Positions 14,077-30,454 of a DNA stretch of 64,000 nucleotides are shown here, piece by piece (within the stretch, counting starts at the first letter, position 1; the number at the start of each line of letters is the position of its first letter). The DNA lies in NCBI GenBank assembly GCA_009103225.1, contig RHPI01002533.1:647368-711367 (forward strand). Reading direction: 5' to 3'. Position numbers and translations under genes: made by a program. A model generated the notes under the pieces. That model had not been told where the DNA came from. It saw only the letters and a program-made list of their open reading frames with translations, and searched no databases. Origin of the DNA: Chlorokybus atmophyticus (taxonomy: Eukaryota > Plantae > Mesostigma and Chlorokybus algae).

Positions 14077-14904
14077 AAGATGATCTGCCCAGTAGCCCGT
14101 TGTCGATTTGTGTACAAAAGGGGTTATGCTGCTATGCCAGCATGCATTTGCCCTATGACTTACATCTTATGCATGGTGTGTCGCCGACCGGGGTGACATG
14201 CACCATACGCACTCATCATCCGACATATATGTTGCATATGTTGTGTCGACATCTGGCATGCTCAAGCGTGCAAAATGACGAGAACACTTGTGCTTTGCGC
14301 ATGTGAGGTGCACACTATTCTGGCATGACAAGCCAGTTACATTTCGAGCACTATGAACTCCAGACCATGCAGTGCCTATCCAACGTCGCGCAGAAACATG
14401 GCAACTTGGAACAGTGCATGCGAAAGTTGCCACTCGATAATGATGCAGGCATGGATGCACAGTCTGTAGTCCAGTCTTTGTGTAGCTTGTCCAGTAGGGT
14501 TGCACACACTCACCACCCATCAACGAGTCGCCTCATTTAGGTAGACGAGTGCGGCATAGTCGCCCTACAGACCATCGACAAACTAACAGTCCACATCCAG
14601 TCCCAGGTACCCAGCTCCCGCCACATCCTGTCAGTGCGCCTCATATGTTGCACCTAGTTGCGCACGTGGCAAATGCTGCCCACTTGCACTCCTGGCACAG
14701 TGCAGCCAATCAAGATGCATTGCAACTTGTTCTGTGGTGAGCAGGTGCAGTTGAGCAGCATGGCCAGCACTGAAACCCAACAATCGCTGCATTTATCTAC
14801 ATTATACACCAACCTGTAGCTACAGATGCGGCTATGTTGCAAACAAAGCTGACCATAGCCGCTTCTGCTTATTTTTACACCAGCAATATACAGACGAGCC
14901 TAAC

Positions 14905-16810
14905 TTACGAGCCAATAAACAAGATCAGGATAACGACAAGGATGACCACCGCTGATAGAATACAGCAAGCCTGCAAGAACCAACATAAGTAACAGTACAA
15001 CATGTGTGGCATGCATGTGTGCACACTAGCATGCAATGCATGGCATGATGACGCACTGATGAGGCCGCACATATGCTTATGAAAGGCATGCTCATGCAAA
15101 ATTATGCAACAAGTACATACCATGCCTCGTGACTTTCGTTGCGACTTGGAGGCTTTGGCAAGCTCCTGATTGGCTTGGCGCGTGTGCTCATGCACTGTGA
15201 CAATGTTGGACTCGATATCATCTATTTGGTGACCCTGAAAGCCAAAACAAATTATTATCAATATGACAGCCATAGCCGCGTGTCGTCTGCCCTCATCAAC
15301 ATGACATACGAGGTGTGCACTGTCAGACTGATCACATAAGGTACTGATGTGGAGGTTGGTCAGCAGTGCCCAACTTGAATTCCCAAAGCTCAATGGTTTG
15401 TTATTACATGAACCAACCCACACCCTCATGCAAACACCAGCAGGCATGACCCGTACTGCACCAACCTGCTCATTGACAAGGACAGCAAGGTCTTGAAAGA
15501 TCTCATGAACCTCGCCGATCTGCTGCTGTATGTCTTGGATGCCGGCATCGCGCTCCTCGATGAGCGCCGTATTGTACTCGATGGCGGAGCCCAGCTGCAT
15601 CACTTCCTGCTGCCGCTGCTTTTGTTCCTGAAGAAGCGCCTGCCGTTCTGCAGGAGCCGCCTCGTCGAGGCTGGTCCTGACTGCTTGGGCTGGTGGTGGT
15701 GGTGGTGCTCGCGGCGCATAAGCCAACTCCCGCTCTACACACTGCTTCTGGGCTCGCTGCAACTCCGCCAGAGCAGCCTGCAACCACAAACGACGCGATG
15801 TCATGCACGACATATACTACTGCCAGAACACGCAACACACCATGCACATATGCTAAATGCTGCAGCAGCGCCAGCAGGATTGGCCATGACTTTCAGTGGC
15901 TATGTATGCTCTTGGCAGTGTTGGCATGTGAAACTGTGGTCAGCACCTGGAAGTCGCGCAAGAGCTTGTCTCTGGATGGTGGCGGTAGTGCATCTGGTGG
16001 CAGTGCATGCAGGGCCTGAAGTTGCACACACATCGTAGTTAGAACACGCAAGAGGCATTCACGCATTCAAGAAGAACGCAAAGAGCACGTCCGACATCTC
16101 CTACCTGTGAGAGGTCTTTGGCAGCCTTTGACAAGTGATCTGAAGTGTGGCGCAGCGTGTGGCGATACTCTGGCGTGTCCTTGGGACCTCCCAGCGACAC
16201 AACGCCGCGGGCAAACCCTCGCACCTGTGACACAACAGACATGAGCCTGTATTTGTGTGCAACATGTGCCTATCACTGCACAATCTCGAAGCATGTCATG
16301 CAATGCAACAACTACATTGAATAAGGCGCTTGTTACTGAGCACCAAGACAAAGTAAAAAAGCCGCTGCGTTTGCATTACAGAGACCATGACAGATGCAAG
16401 CACGAACAAGCCACAAGAAATGACTACTGTTCACCGCAAAACACCATGACGGGCATGCAACGCTGCAGATATAGACGACACACAGCAACCGTGACACGAA
16501 TTGTATTCACAACAGAGCAAGGAGGAAAAGACATGGATTTCCTAGGTTGTGCCATTATGGTGCAAACGAACAGCTCAGAGGCGCCGAACAGACGTGGCAA
16601 CAACTGTGCTTGTACTTCCAAGAGACGCACGTGAGCTTGCACATTGGATTTGCAAGGAGCAGAACACACAGCAGGCAATTCTACCTGTGTGGTCAGCATG
16701 AATACGCTCCTAGCAATGGCCGATCCCGCCTCGGAAGCAGGCACAGCAGCAGGAGCCGCGGCGGCGCCAGCTGCGGCACCGCCTCCACGGCCGACATCCT
16801 GGAAGCTCAT
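14905..16810 (-). CDS. SYP2: Qa-SNARE syntaxin, SYP2 group (PEP12/VAM3/STX7-like)
   Basis: MSFQDV N-peptide, Habc with LGGPKDTPEYRHTL, SNARE motif IEERDAGIQDIQQQIGEVHEIFQDLAVLVNEQGHQIDDIESNI, C-terminal TM anchor. Confidence 0.92.
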
Positions 16811-16932
16811 CGCACCCAGTAAAGAAGAAGGCACAATGCGGACAGCGTTTGAAGAATCCCTGTCCTCCTCCTCCCGCACTACCGCCGCCGCCGCCGCCGC
16901 CGCCTCCGCACGCCGTGGCCCACCGTACTGCG

Positions 16933-16940
16933 TAGGGTTT
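16933..16940. promoter_or_regulatory. Canonical telo-box (TAGGGTTT = AAACCCTA) in SYP2/NSF divergent promoter
   Basis: Exact plant telo-box octamer in the 399-bp gap between the two start codons; function inferred. Confidence 0.4.
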
Positions 16941-17209
16941 GCTTGCCTGCCACGTGTCGCAATGTGACTGTGGAACATACATACCGTGCCACGCACGGAA
17001 GGTGCTGCTTTCTTCCGTAGGAGAAAACACAAACCGTCTGGAAGCTACGTACACTGTGGCCCAAGCTTCCGTGCCACGTGCCAGCAGCAGATGAAAGCCA
17101 GGGTTTTTACTGCCGTTTAGCCGGCGACGGTGCTGCAGGTGGTGGCGGCGGCGGAGGACGAGGAGACGGTGGCGGCCGGGAGGGGCGGGGGACAGCTGCA
17201 GGCAGCAAG

Positions 17210-21187
<3,978 letters not shown>

Positions 21188-22369
21188 TGAACGGCACAGC
21201 ATGCGTAGAAACTCACTGTGTCTTGTTGGTATCTGTACAATACGCTGGCGGCCTGTTGCTCTGCTGGGCAAAGTTTCCAAGCCTACTGGGCGCTGCACTT
21301 CAACCAGCATGTAGTATAGTTGCGCCACGTGCGGCTTGGCGTTGTCGGAGTGCACATGATTGCAGTGCGCTGCGGGAAGCAGCGCATCTTGATTGACACA
21401 GCTGCAGATTGATTCGAATCATCTATTTGTTAGGTAGACTGTAGCATAACGTACATATGCTGCAGGCTAGCGTGCCTGTGACAAGTTGAGAATGAGTTCC
21501 GCTGTGTACAGAGAATGCGCGACACGTATGCACATGCACGACACATGCAATGGACCCAGCATGATGTCAAAATGCAGTTTGCATTGTTCATGTAGACCAC
21601 CGGGCTACTATTACTCACTAAGTTCACTACCTACTCTACTACCCACACCCCGTTAGCCATAGCAGTCAGTACATGCATGTAGTACCTGCCCACATGGGCC
21701 GTGGTCTGCGGTTGATAGTTGTCCACAACGTCAACATGAGCAGCAGCGACGACAACTCCCTCGCCCTCTCCTCCCCCTCCGCCTCCCTGCGCTTCTTCCG
21801 CTTGCTCCGTCGCTGCTTGCGGTCTTTTGTAGTGCAACCCACGCACTGTCCATGTCCACAGTGCTGTGCGTGCAGTGCTGGTGGCACTGGGCTTGTGCCA
21901 TTCATGTGCTCTTGTGCAGTGCATGTTCTGGTTCGGTTGGGTTGGGTTGGGTGGTGGGATTGGCTGGGAACCTGAAACAATGTACTTCAACAGTGTTTCA
22001 GGTTCCTAGCTCCTCTTTATCCTGTTGGTTCTAACTTGAAACCGCGCATAGTCTGTTGTGGATTTACGGCGTTGTGCCACCTGGCTAGGCTATATCACCA
22101 ATCACAGGGCGCTTGACGTGTGTGCTTGCTATACTGGTGAGACTGCCATTGCAATGTGTGTCTGCAACGTTTGCAATACACGGCTTTACTAATGTTGTGT
22201 ACATCTGATGGCTTGCGTGGCATACACAAGCACATGCGTGCAGAAGAGCTATAGCAAGTCAGAACACACTTTGTGGGCACAGCTCATGACATCTGCTTTG
22301 CGTGTGCGGCAAGGGGGCGTAGGAAGTACTTGTGATGGCACGACACTTGATAACCGATTGTTACGAGTA

Positions 22370-23753
22370 TTACGAATCCCATGGCAAGCGTCCCACGTAC
22401 GGCTGCGGTCCGCAGTGGTTGAACAGCTCGGTGAGCTCCGGGCACGCAGTAGGGTATGGGCTGGTGCGCGCGAAGGGATCGCGGTCCAGGCGCTTCTGCG
22501 ACAACGACTCGGAACACCCGTAAGGGTCTGAGCGGAACTGGCTGACGGTGTGCGTCTCTCCCTCCATTGCCGCGACCAGCTCCACCGTGTCCGGCAGGGA
22601 AACTCCTCGAAACTCGAACCGCTTGAACGGGAACGCAATGGCCACACGGTGCATGTCCACGAAGCGCGCGCGCTTGGCCTCGTAGCTCACCACCTGCCAC
22701 GGACACGCGCGCGAGCACACACACACGCATGGTTAGCACGCGGAGCGTGACCCTTCCGGCAATGTTGCATCATCGAAACCAGAGGAGGGGCACACACTGT
22801 GAAGTTCTTTGGGTAATGTCCGGTGAGCTCGCGGAAGCGACATATTGAGAACAAGACGTTCTCAAAGCTGTCGCGTGCGTACTCTTCTGTGAAGGCTCGC
22901 GAGCGCACCTCCTCCTTCCCTGCCATGCATAGTGTGCAGATGATCAGCACATTGTTGACTTACTACACACATCCCATGCATAAGATGTCCCAACTACATT
23001 AAGCAGCACGCTTGCTTACCAAACCAATCAAGGGCGTCTGCAACACTCCAGTAGCTGTGAGCTTCGCTGCGCGGCCCGGCAGCTCGCCTCGTCTCCCCTC
23101 CACTGAACAGCAGCATAGCCTCAGGTGACTCCGCTGCCATCAACACCCCCAACCTGAGAGGCAACACATCACTGTCAAAGTTTAAACATGAACAGTACCC
23201 ACAGTATTGGCACACGGAGGTCAGCAGATAGCAACAAGCGCTCCGCGTACTTACTTGATAGCATCAGCAAAGGTGGCGCCTGCACCATGCTCCCCTTTCC
23301 TCATCTTCTGGTACGGCTCAAGAAACCAAGCCTACCAACGGCCATACTAGTCAAACAAACTTGACCATTCACATGATACTACCGCATATGCACTTGATAT
23401 GTCCTCAGGCACACATGCGCACATGCGCATGCATGACTGTACAAGCCAGCATGCGTGCTGGCTTGCACCTTGTCATCGTCCGGGTGGGTAAGGTCCGTTC
23501 CTGTGTAGACGGCATGGCCGGCAACCATCACAAGTGACTCCAGGCCGGCCCATTCAGGCCGACCGTTGCGCCACACCTGGCCGTGGGCCGACCTGCGTGG
23601 CGGCACATAATCCCGCGCCACACACGGCCTCCCGGCAACATCTCTCGCAAACGAATACAGCAACACTAGCAGGATTGTCATCGACAGCATCGCAGCCGCC
23701 GCGACCAAAGAAAAGCGCCAGCTTGCGCCCGCACCCATGCCCAACCTCCGCAT
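22370..23753 (-). CDS. DUF218-like protein with N-terminal signal anchor
   Basis: LVMVAGHAVY, LLFSGGETRRAAGPRSEAHSYW, EEYARDSFENVLFSICRFRELTGHYP, RSDPYGC; hydrophobic N-terminal segment. Confidence 0.8.
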
Positions 23754-24494
23754 AATGCCATGAGCAAGATACACCGCCCGGCGCCTGCTGTGAGAATGTA
23801 TGAGGTTGTGTCTTTTGTACAAAGATGTTGTGCACTGTGGACACAATCTCTGATATCTTGAATACTGTTCAAGGCAATGTTACAAAAGCAACATGGGAGC
23901 AATGCGCAAGCTTTAAGATTACTGTAAGAAATGGCAATATAACTGTTGGAGGTGTGTACACGCAGAGAGTAAGCAGCTTGCTGTGTAGTACTGCATGCAT
24001 GCACACGCACACATACGCGCACTTAAGTCCGTGCTTTGTAACAACTGGGGCTATCAGTTGTTGGACTGACCTGTTGATGCTGCTGTTAGGGCTGTCAGGG
24101 GAAGCGTGGTGGTAGTCCTCTCCCCTCGGCAGCCCACCGCCGGCTTCCAGGTCCTTGCCGGAGCTGTTTCGGCTGCGAAGGAGGAGGCTTGCTGCAGCTT
24201 TAGCTGCACCACCTCCAGAACCACCTCCGCCCCCACCGCCTTCTCCACCTCCCCGCGTGGGCGCCAGCCTGCCCCGCTCCGCAGCACTAACGCCGTCCCA
24301 CCGTCCTCGTGCTGGGGGGCGTCGCCCTGCTTCTTGTGCTTGTTCCCCACTTTACGCTCGAAGCTACGCCAGCCCTGCTCACCTTACCGCCGCAGTAAAC
24401 GACGGTGCCGCCGTGGAAGTAGTTGTTGGTGGTGGTAGCGTCAGCTACGGCGTCGGCAGTGTTGTCGTAGAGATAGGAGTGGTGCGGGTTGCGC

Positions 24495-25654
24495 ATGGGC
24501 CAGGGGGCGAGAGGGGCGGCGGCGAGGCGAATCCAGCGGGAGATCGCGGAGATCAGCGGCGGCGGCCTGGCGCACCTCCCTGGCTGCACCGCCGGCCCCC
24601 AGGTACACGTGTGCCCGCTCAAGCTCTTTGGCTACGATCATGCTGCATGTGTATTCCTGGTCCAAACTTAGCGCATGCTATCAGTCTGCTTGCGCTGTCC
24701 CATGTGGTGACAGCTCTGTCTTTGTCAATTACACGATGTTCGTTATCTACTGGAAAGACTGCAATGCACAAGTGTAACTTGCAGGCATTGGCTTTGCTTC
24801 CAGTCCCGTAGCGTGCATGCTCGACGGATCACTGCATGTCCAAAGCGCAGGCAGCACATGTATGACAGGCACAACTGGCCACTCCAATCCGTACGCTGTG
24901 AACTCGTATGTCTTGTGCTGCGAACATCGTTGCAATCACGGATGGATTGTAAAAGAAGCAACCTCCATGGGCACATGGGCCTTCACTGTTTGACACGACA
25001 TCTGCAGCACCCATGCATTGCGTGTGCACGTTGGCCTGGCATGCAAGAATGAAATGAATGACCCTTCAGGGTGACGACTTGCACCGCTGGGCAGCGTGCG
25101 TGGCTGGACCTGCCGGCACACCCTACGAGGGGGGCTCGTTCTTCCTTGACATCGAGCTGCCGCAGGCAAGTTTGTTTCCAGAATCACAGCCCGCCCTGCG
25201 GCAAGCATAATGGAAGTCAGAGCTGTATTCACCCTGTGAAACACGTGTTGTGTTTTGGTTGTTGTAGACGCTTTAGCAGACTGCACATGCAGTCATTGGA
25301 GGGTTGAACAAAATGGTACTTGCTGAGTATCACGCATAGGTTACATGATTGCAATCGCACACAATCACAACAACACAGGACTATCCCTTCTCCCCTCCAC
25401 ATGTGGCATTCCGGACGCTTGTTTACCACTGCAATGTGGCACCGGAGGACGGAAGCCTGGCGCTGCGCATGCTCGAGCCGGACGCGTGGTCCCCCGCCAT
25501 CACACTTGCCCAGGTGATGCAGGCCATCTCGCAGCTGCTGGCCGAGCCCGACCTCGACAAGGCTGTTGTGGCCACCATCGCGCAGACGTACCTGCTGGAC
25601 CCCGACGCGCACGATGCCAACGCGAGGGAGTGGACAAGGCGCTATGCCATGTGA
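24495..25654 (+). CDS. UBC-fold E2 ubiquitin-conjugating enzyme variant lacking the catalytic Cys
   Basis: RRIQREIAE, GPAGTPYEGGSFFLDI, DYPFSPPHV, HCN motif, WSPAITL, AREWTRRYAM*; the position of canonical GSICLDIL reads GSLALRML. Confidence 0.88.
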
Positions 25655-26457
25655 AGCGCCCTTGACTTATCCCAGACCGCTACATGTGTGAAGCGCTGAA
25701 GGCACCTTAGTCTCTCATATATACAAGCACATATGCATGTGCATGACCAACTCCATGGCAGCATTTAGTCTTATTGTCAAACTCATAGAGAATGAAGTTG
25801 CAAGTTACATGCCCACATGGAGGTGAGATGGACATGTGCGTGTGCACAGCTTGTTCCCAATGACATGTTTGAGGGGACCAAGAGTATGCACTTTAGCACC
25901 AACACCCGACACATGCATGTCAATGATAATGCAGGTTGACGTATGAACTAGCCACTTGACTCTTACTTACCGGCTGTCTCGGTGCTAATGTCCGGGGCGT
26001 TATGGCTTGCCCAACCGTCATTATACTATTGTGCGTACAGAGCACGAACCCATGCATATGAACATGAGGACCAAGATGTTATGCAACCAAGGCATGCTAA
26101 ACATGCACCTCCATCGATCGGATTCATGTTCAATGAGTTTGATAACATGTAATCATTGTTTACGTACAGTAATGAACGTAGTAGAAAAGTTTGAAATTTG
26201 TACATAAACGTGACAACCTTGTTGACTTCATACATTACCAATAATACCACTCATGCATACAAGTAGAAGTTTTATATGTTTTAAATGTCGGTATTTGGGA
26301 TGCAATGCCAAATTTACTCAAAAGGTGCATCTGATTGCCATCTCACACTCCCGGGCACTTGCTTCCTAAACCGCTTTACAAGCATACTTACGTAATACAA
26401 GCTCACCTATATCATAATGTAATATGTCACATGGTATATTATTATGGTATATTATTA

Positions 26458-26923
26458 CAGTCTACCCCCTTACAAGAATCACGTTTATCCTTCAGCTTTT
26501 CGTTCCACTAACGGGGTTATTTTCTTGGCGTTGATAAGAATATATATTCTTTTACCGTTTAAAGAGTATATATTCTGTTGATGGGGGTATTGACTGATAA
26601 CCTTAAGCCACGTCATCATATGCTGACGTGGCAAAAACAGAATTCATATTTCATGAATATATTATACAATATCATACATGGCTTCTATTGTAGAAGGTGA
26701 TGTTTATTCTAATATCAGCGAAATATCTATGCTATTAACAAGGTATTCCCCCATTATAAGACTGACCCCACTTAGAATTTCAAGCCTTCTGTTTGGTCTT
26801 ATTACGCACAAGACTACTCCACTAACCGAAGATATTTGCCTGTAAAACGATTGATCTTTTGAAAAACGATGATCTTAACGGGGTTATTCCCTTAAAGCGA
26901 AGTCTTTTAACGGGGGTAGACTG
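26458..26923. mobile_element. Non-autonomous Tc1/mariner-pogo family MITE (466 bp)
   Basis: Terminal inverted repeats CAGTCTACCCCC...GGGGGTAGACTG, TA on both flanks, AT-rich interior, subterminal TAACGGGGTTATT at 26509 and 26876; right end aligns with the pogo element end at 44200. Confidence 0.9.
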
Positions 26924-29900
26924 TATATTCACTCTAAGTGAAGGCGAGTTACTGGTACATGTACTGGGTTCCTCAATCACGTATTACTAATAGGTGTTGC
27001 ATACGCGTATGCATCAATGTGCACACACACACATGCAGGCCCTTAATGTAACAAACACGACCCTAACCACTATAGTATGGTCATATGCATACAACGGCTA
27101 TATTCAAGAAAACGTTTTATAGGAATAAAAACTCCTTATGTATGTATTATACGTGTAATGTGTGTTATAGCGTTTGCGCGCGCGCACACGCACACATGTT
27201 ACGTGTACTCGTGGTTCAATTGGTGTAAAACATAAATTGTAAAGCCTTGGCAAGTTTTACGAAAGTTTTAAAAATGCAACATGTTGTTAAAGCCGCAACA
27301 CCATGATTCCTGCGCAACATCTTTGGATGTGGATAAGTACAGAGACTGATGAACAGTCTTTGTATTTATGGTGTTGCAAGTGCCTTGATCAAAGAGCTTC
27401 TTGATTGTGATACAGCGGAACATCTGCGCTATCACCTAGCTAATTGATAGCTGGCAGTGACAATGTTTTTTCTAATTTTCCTTTTGCATCTTTGGGTATT
27501 AATGGGAAAAGTAGCAACATACATTCGCAATTTGAGTGCGCTTATGATGTGCAATATTGGTGTCTGGCAATGGTTCATTACATAAGGGCCGTTGCATATA
27601 TCTTATACAGTGCTTCATTCATGTGCTTCACATTATGCCACACATGCACACATAAGAACTTGTTGCAATCGCACACGCATAACCACCCACCCACTCAGAG
27701 ATTTATCAAAGTGCCTAGATAGGGGCCCAATGCGTCTAGCTAAGTGCCAAGGAGGCGACGAGAGCAAGCAAGACTAGTTGGCTCTACGGTACAGCCAACC
27801 AGCTTGCAGGCAAGGCGTGTTTGCGCTGTTGTCTAGACAACCACGACGGGCAGGACTAGGACGACTACGATGACAATGCTTCCGCCCCCACCGCTACCCC
27901 AGGCTACTGGACTGGTCTGTCTCGTAAAAGTCATAATACAAGCATAACACAAGCATGCATGCCAGTCGTAACGCAAGCATCATGCCAGTGCGTTGAGCGC
28001 AACTAGTTGAGAAGAACGCCACATATGAGTTTGCTGATATCATGCAAGCGCGCGTGTGACACGTCGGTGTTATGTGTAAGTTATAGCCCATAACTTTGTC
28101 ATGTGAGGCAACGCAGCGTCATCGTCGGCATGATCCTTGGTTGTTGTATCAATGTGTAGCTCACTGCGTGGTCGTCCGCGTCAAGGGCTAACCCCTCCCT
28201 TCCTTACCTCCTTGCCCTCCTCTCATGCTGCGCAGGTAGCTGAGGTCAGCAGGCTGCACTCAGCAGGCTGAGCTCAGCAGGCTGCGCTGCTGTCGTCGCT
28301 GCTTCTTACCTCCATAATTGCTGCCGCACGCACATAGCAAGCATATAGAACCCAACCCCCATAGTTTTTTGGTGCATGTGGCTTGCTGCAAGCTTGCGTT
28401 TATGCCATGCCCATGCTGTGCTTTATTACTCTCAAGTTGGCCCCGTTGTTATACCATATACCAACACTAGACCATAAAATGCGCATGTATGCTAGCGATG
28501 CTCTCAATCCAAGATCATCAATCTGACAAAGCATGCAAGCGTTGCAGGATGTACTCTGTACACCGTTCCAAGCTTGAAGTCCTTGGTATTAATAATTGTG
28601 TTAAATGTTCACCTTGGTATGAAGCTTAGCTTATTGCCAAACATTGTCTATGTGCACATTAACAAATAAGCCTTCCACCGACATCTGTATTGGTGTTCGT
28701 ACGCAAGGTTTCTTGCAAGTTGATAATATAAGAAACCTTCTTGCTTGGACGTATGAATCGCATCTTCGGGTTGTGGATCACAAACAACTTGTGGTATTTC
28801 TTCAAATGTTCATGCAGTATTGAGCAACAATGCTTGCATGTGATGCATAGGCAAGACTCGTGGACTGACATTTTGAACACAAGGTGGCTTGGCTGCAGGC
28901 TCTTTTACGGGTTGCGATGAAGAGCAGCTATGTAACATCAGAAAGTGAGATGCACTGTGTGTGCTCGCATTCACGTTTGGCAGAGACTCAGCTATGAGAT
29001 TACCCGTAGGCACATGGGTTGGCCCAAGCCCGTAACCAAAACCTTGACACAATAACATGGTAGGCGACCTTGCGGCTGCTTGCTCCAGTCCCAAACCTTC
29101 CATCGTTGCACTCGCCCTGCCGTGGTAAGACGGAGGATTGACGCTTTGCGATAGAGCAGTAGTAGACGCATGGCAAGCAGCACGCAACAGCACGCAAGCA
29201 TACAGGAGCGGTAGACAAGCAACGTCAGCCGGCTCCGTCTAAACCGCTTCTAGCCTGGGTTTTACCTGCCCGCCCAAAAGTAGAGCACCACGTCGCCCTG
29301 CCCCAGCACCCTCCGCCGCCCGTCAACAAGACAAGACCACAGGCACGTGGGCTCGAGTTCATAGGGCCTGCTTCACGTTTTCCCAAAGCACCAGCTACGT
29401 ACACCCCCGCGCTAGCATTGGCGCCAGATTGCTGGGCTTAGAGAGTGTGGCAGGTGGTGGTGGCGGCGGTGGCGGCGGTGACGGCGGAGCGGCTGGTTGT
29501 TGGCGTCGAGTGCGTTATCTCGTTGGCATACCCTGTGGCCGGCATCATCGCTTGCTGCAAGGCTCACTTTGGCCAGTGTGCAGTTTTTCTTCGGCCGGTC
29601 TTGTCGGGGGCAGGCTGAGGCAAAGGCTTGACTTGCTGACTCCGGCCTTTGCTCTTATCAGCAGGGCCGAAGCAGCAAAGCCGCTGCTTGTGGTGCTCAA
29701 GAAGTTGTGGGGCACAAGGCGAGGGAGTTGTTTTGGTTCATGTACGGGTTGTGGTTAATGACACGTCGGCGATAGTTTTTCCCACAGCTGTCGGCCTAGT
29801 AGTTAATCCAAGTCCCTTGCATGTGCTGCTTAAAGCAAAGTAAACGTATACTATGCTTTTTGCCAACATAGGTCAGTTTGTACTGCACTAGACCTTGCAA

Positions 29901-30454
29901 GTGTTCCAACTGCAAGTGTTACTTGCCGACTGCAAGTGACTTACTTGCTGACTCCAAGCAATACTCGCAGTTGTAGTGCGTGCGTGACAACTAGGTGAAC
30001 CAGGTTAGGCGGCGCCAGTATCAATCGAGCACTACATATGTCTTCTCCCGTACTCGCTGTGCATTTATCCTTCTCAGATAAAGACGCATGCTTCCCCTGT
30101 GTTCGTAGTTAGCGTACAGTATTGTAATGGTCTGCACACCAATCTATTGGAACCTGCATGCAAAGTTGTACGCATGCAGCTTGTTGGCTGCTCAACGAGT
30201 TCACCGTGCAGGTGGGTACAGCCTATTACTGGAGAGAACTTGCCATGCAAACGCTGTAGCTGGGTGGTTCTGGCTGGTTTAGACAGCGAGGGGTGCGTAA
30301 TCTTCAGGTACAAAGCTATCAAATCATGTGTGCTCTTGCACACAAGAGAGTGCATATTGTCAGCTAGTTGTCGTCCAAGCAGCCACGCAGTTTAATAACA
30401 GCTTGTTTGTTTCTTACACAGTTTCAACCTGAGTGATGGCTTGAGAGGATCATC

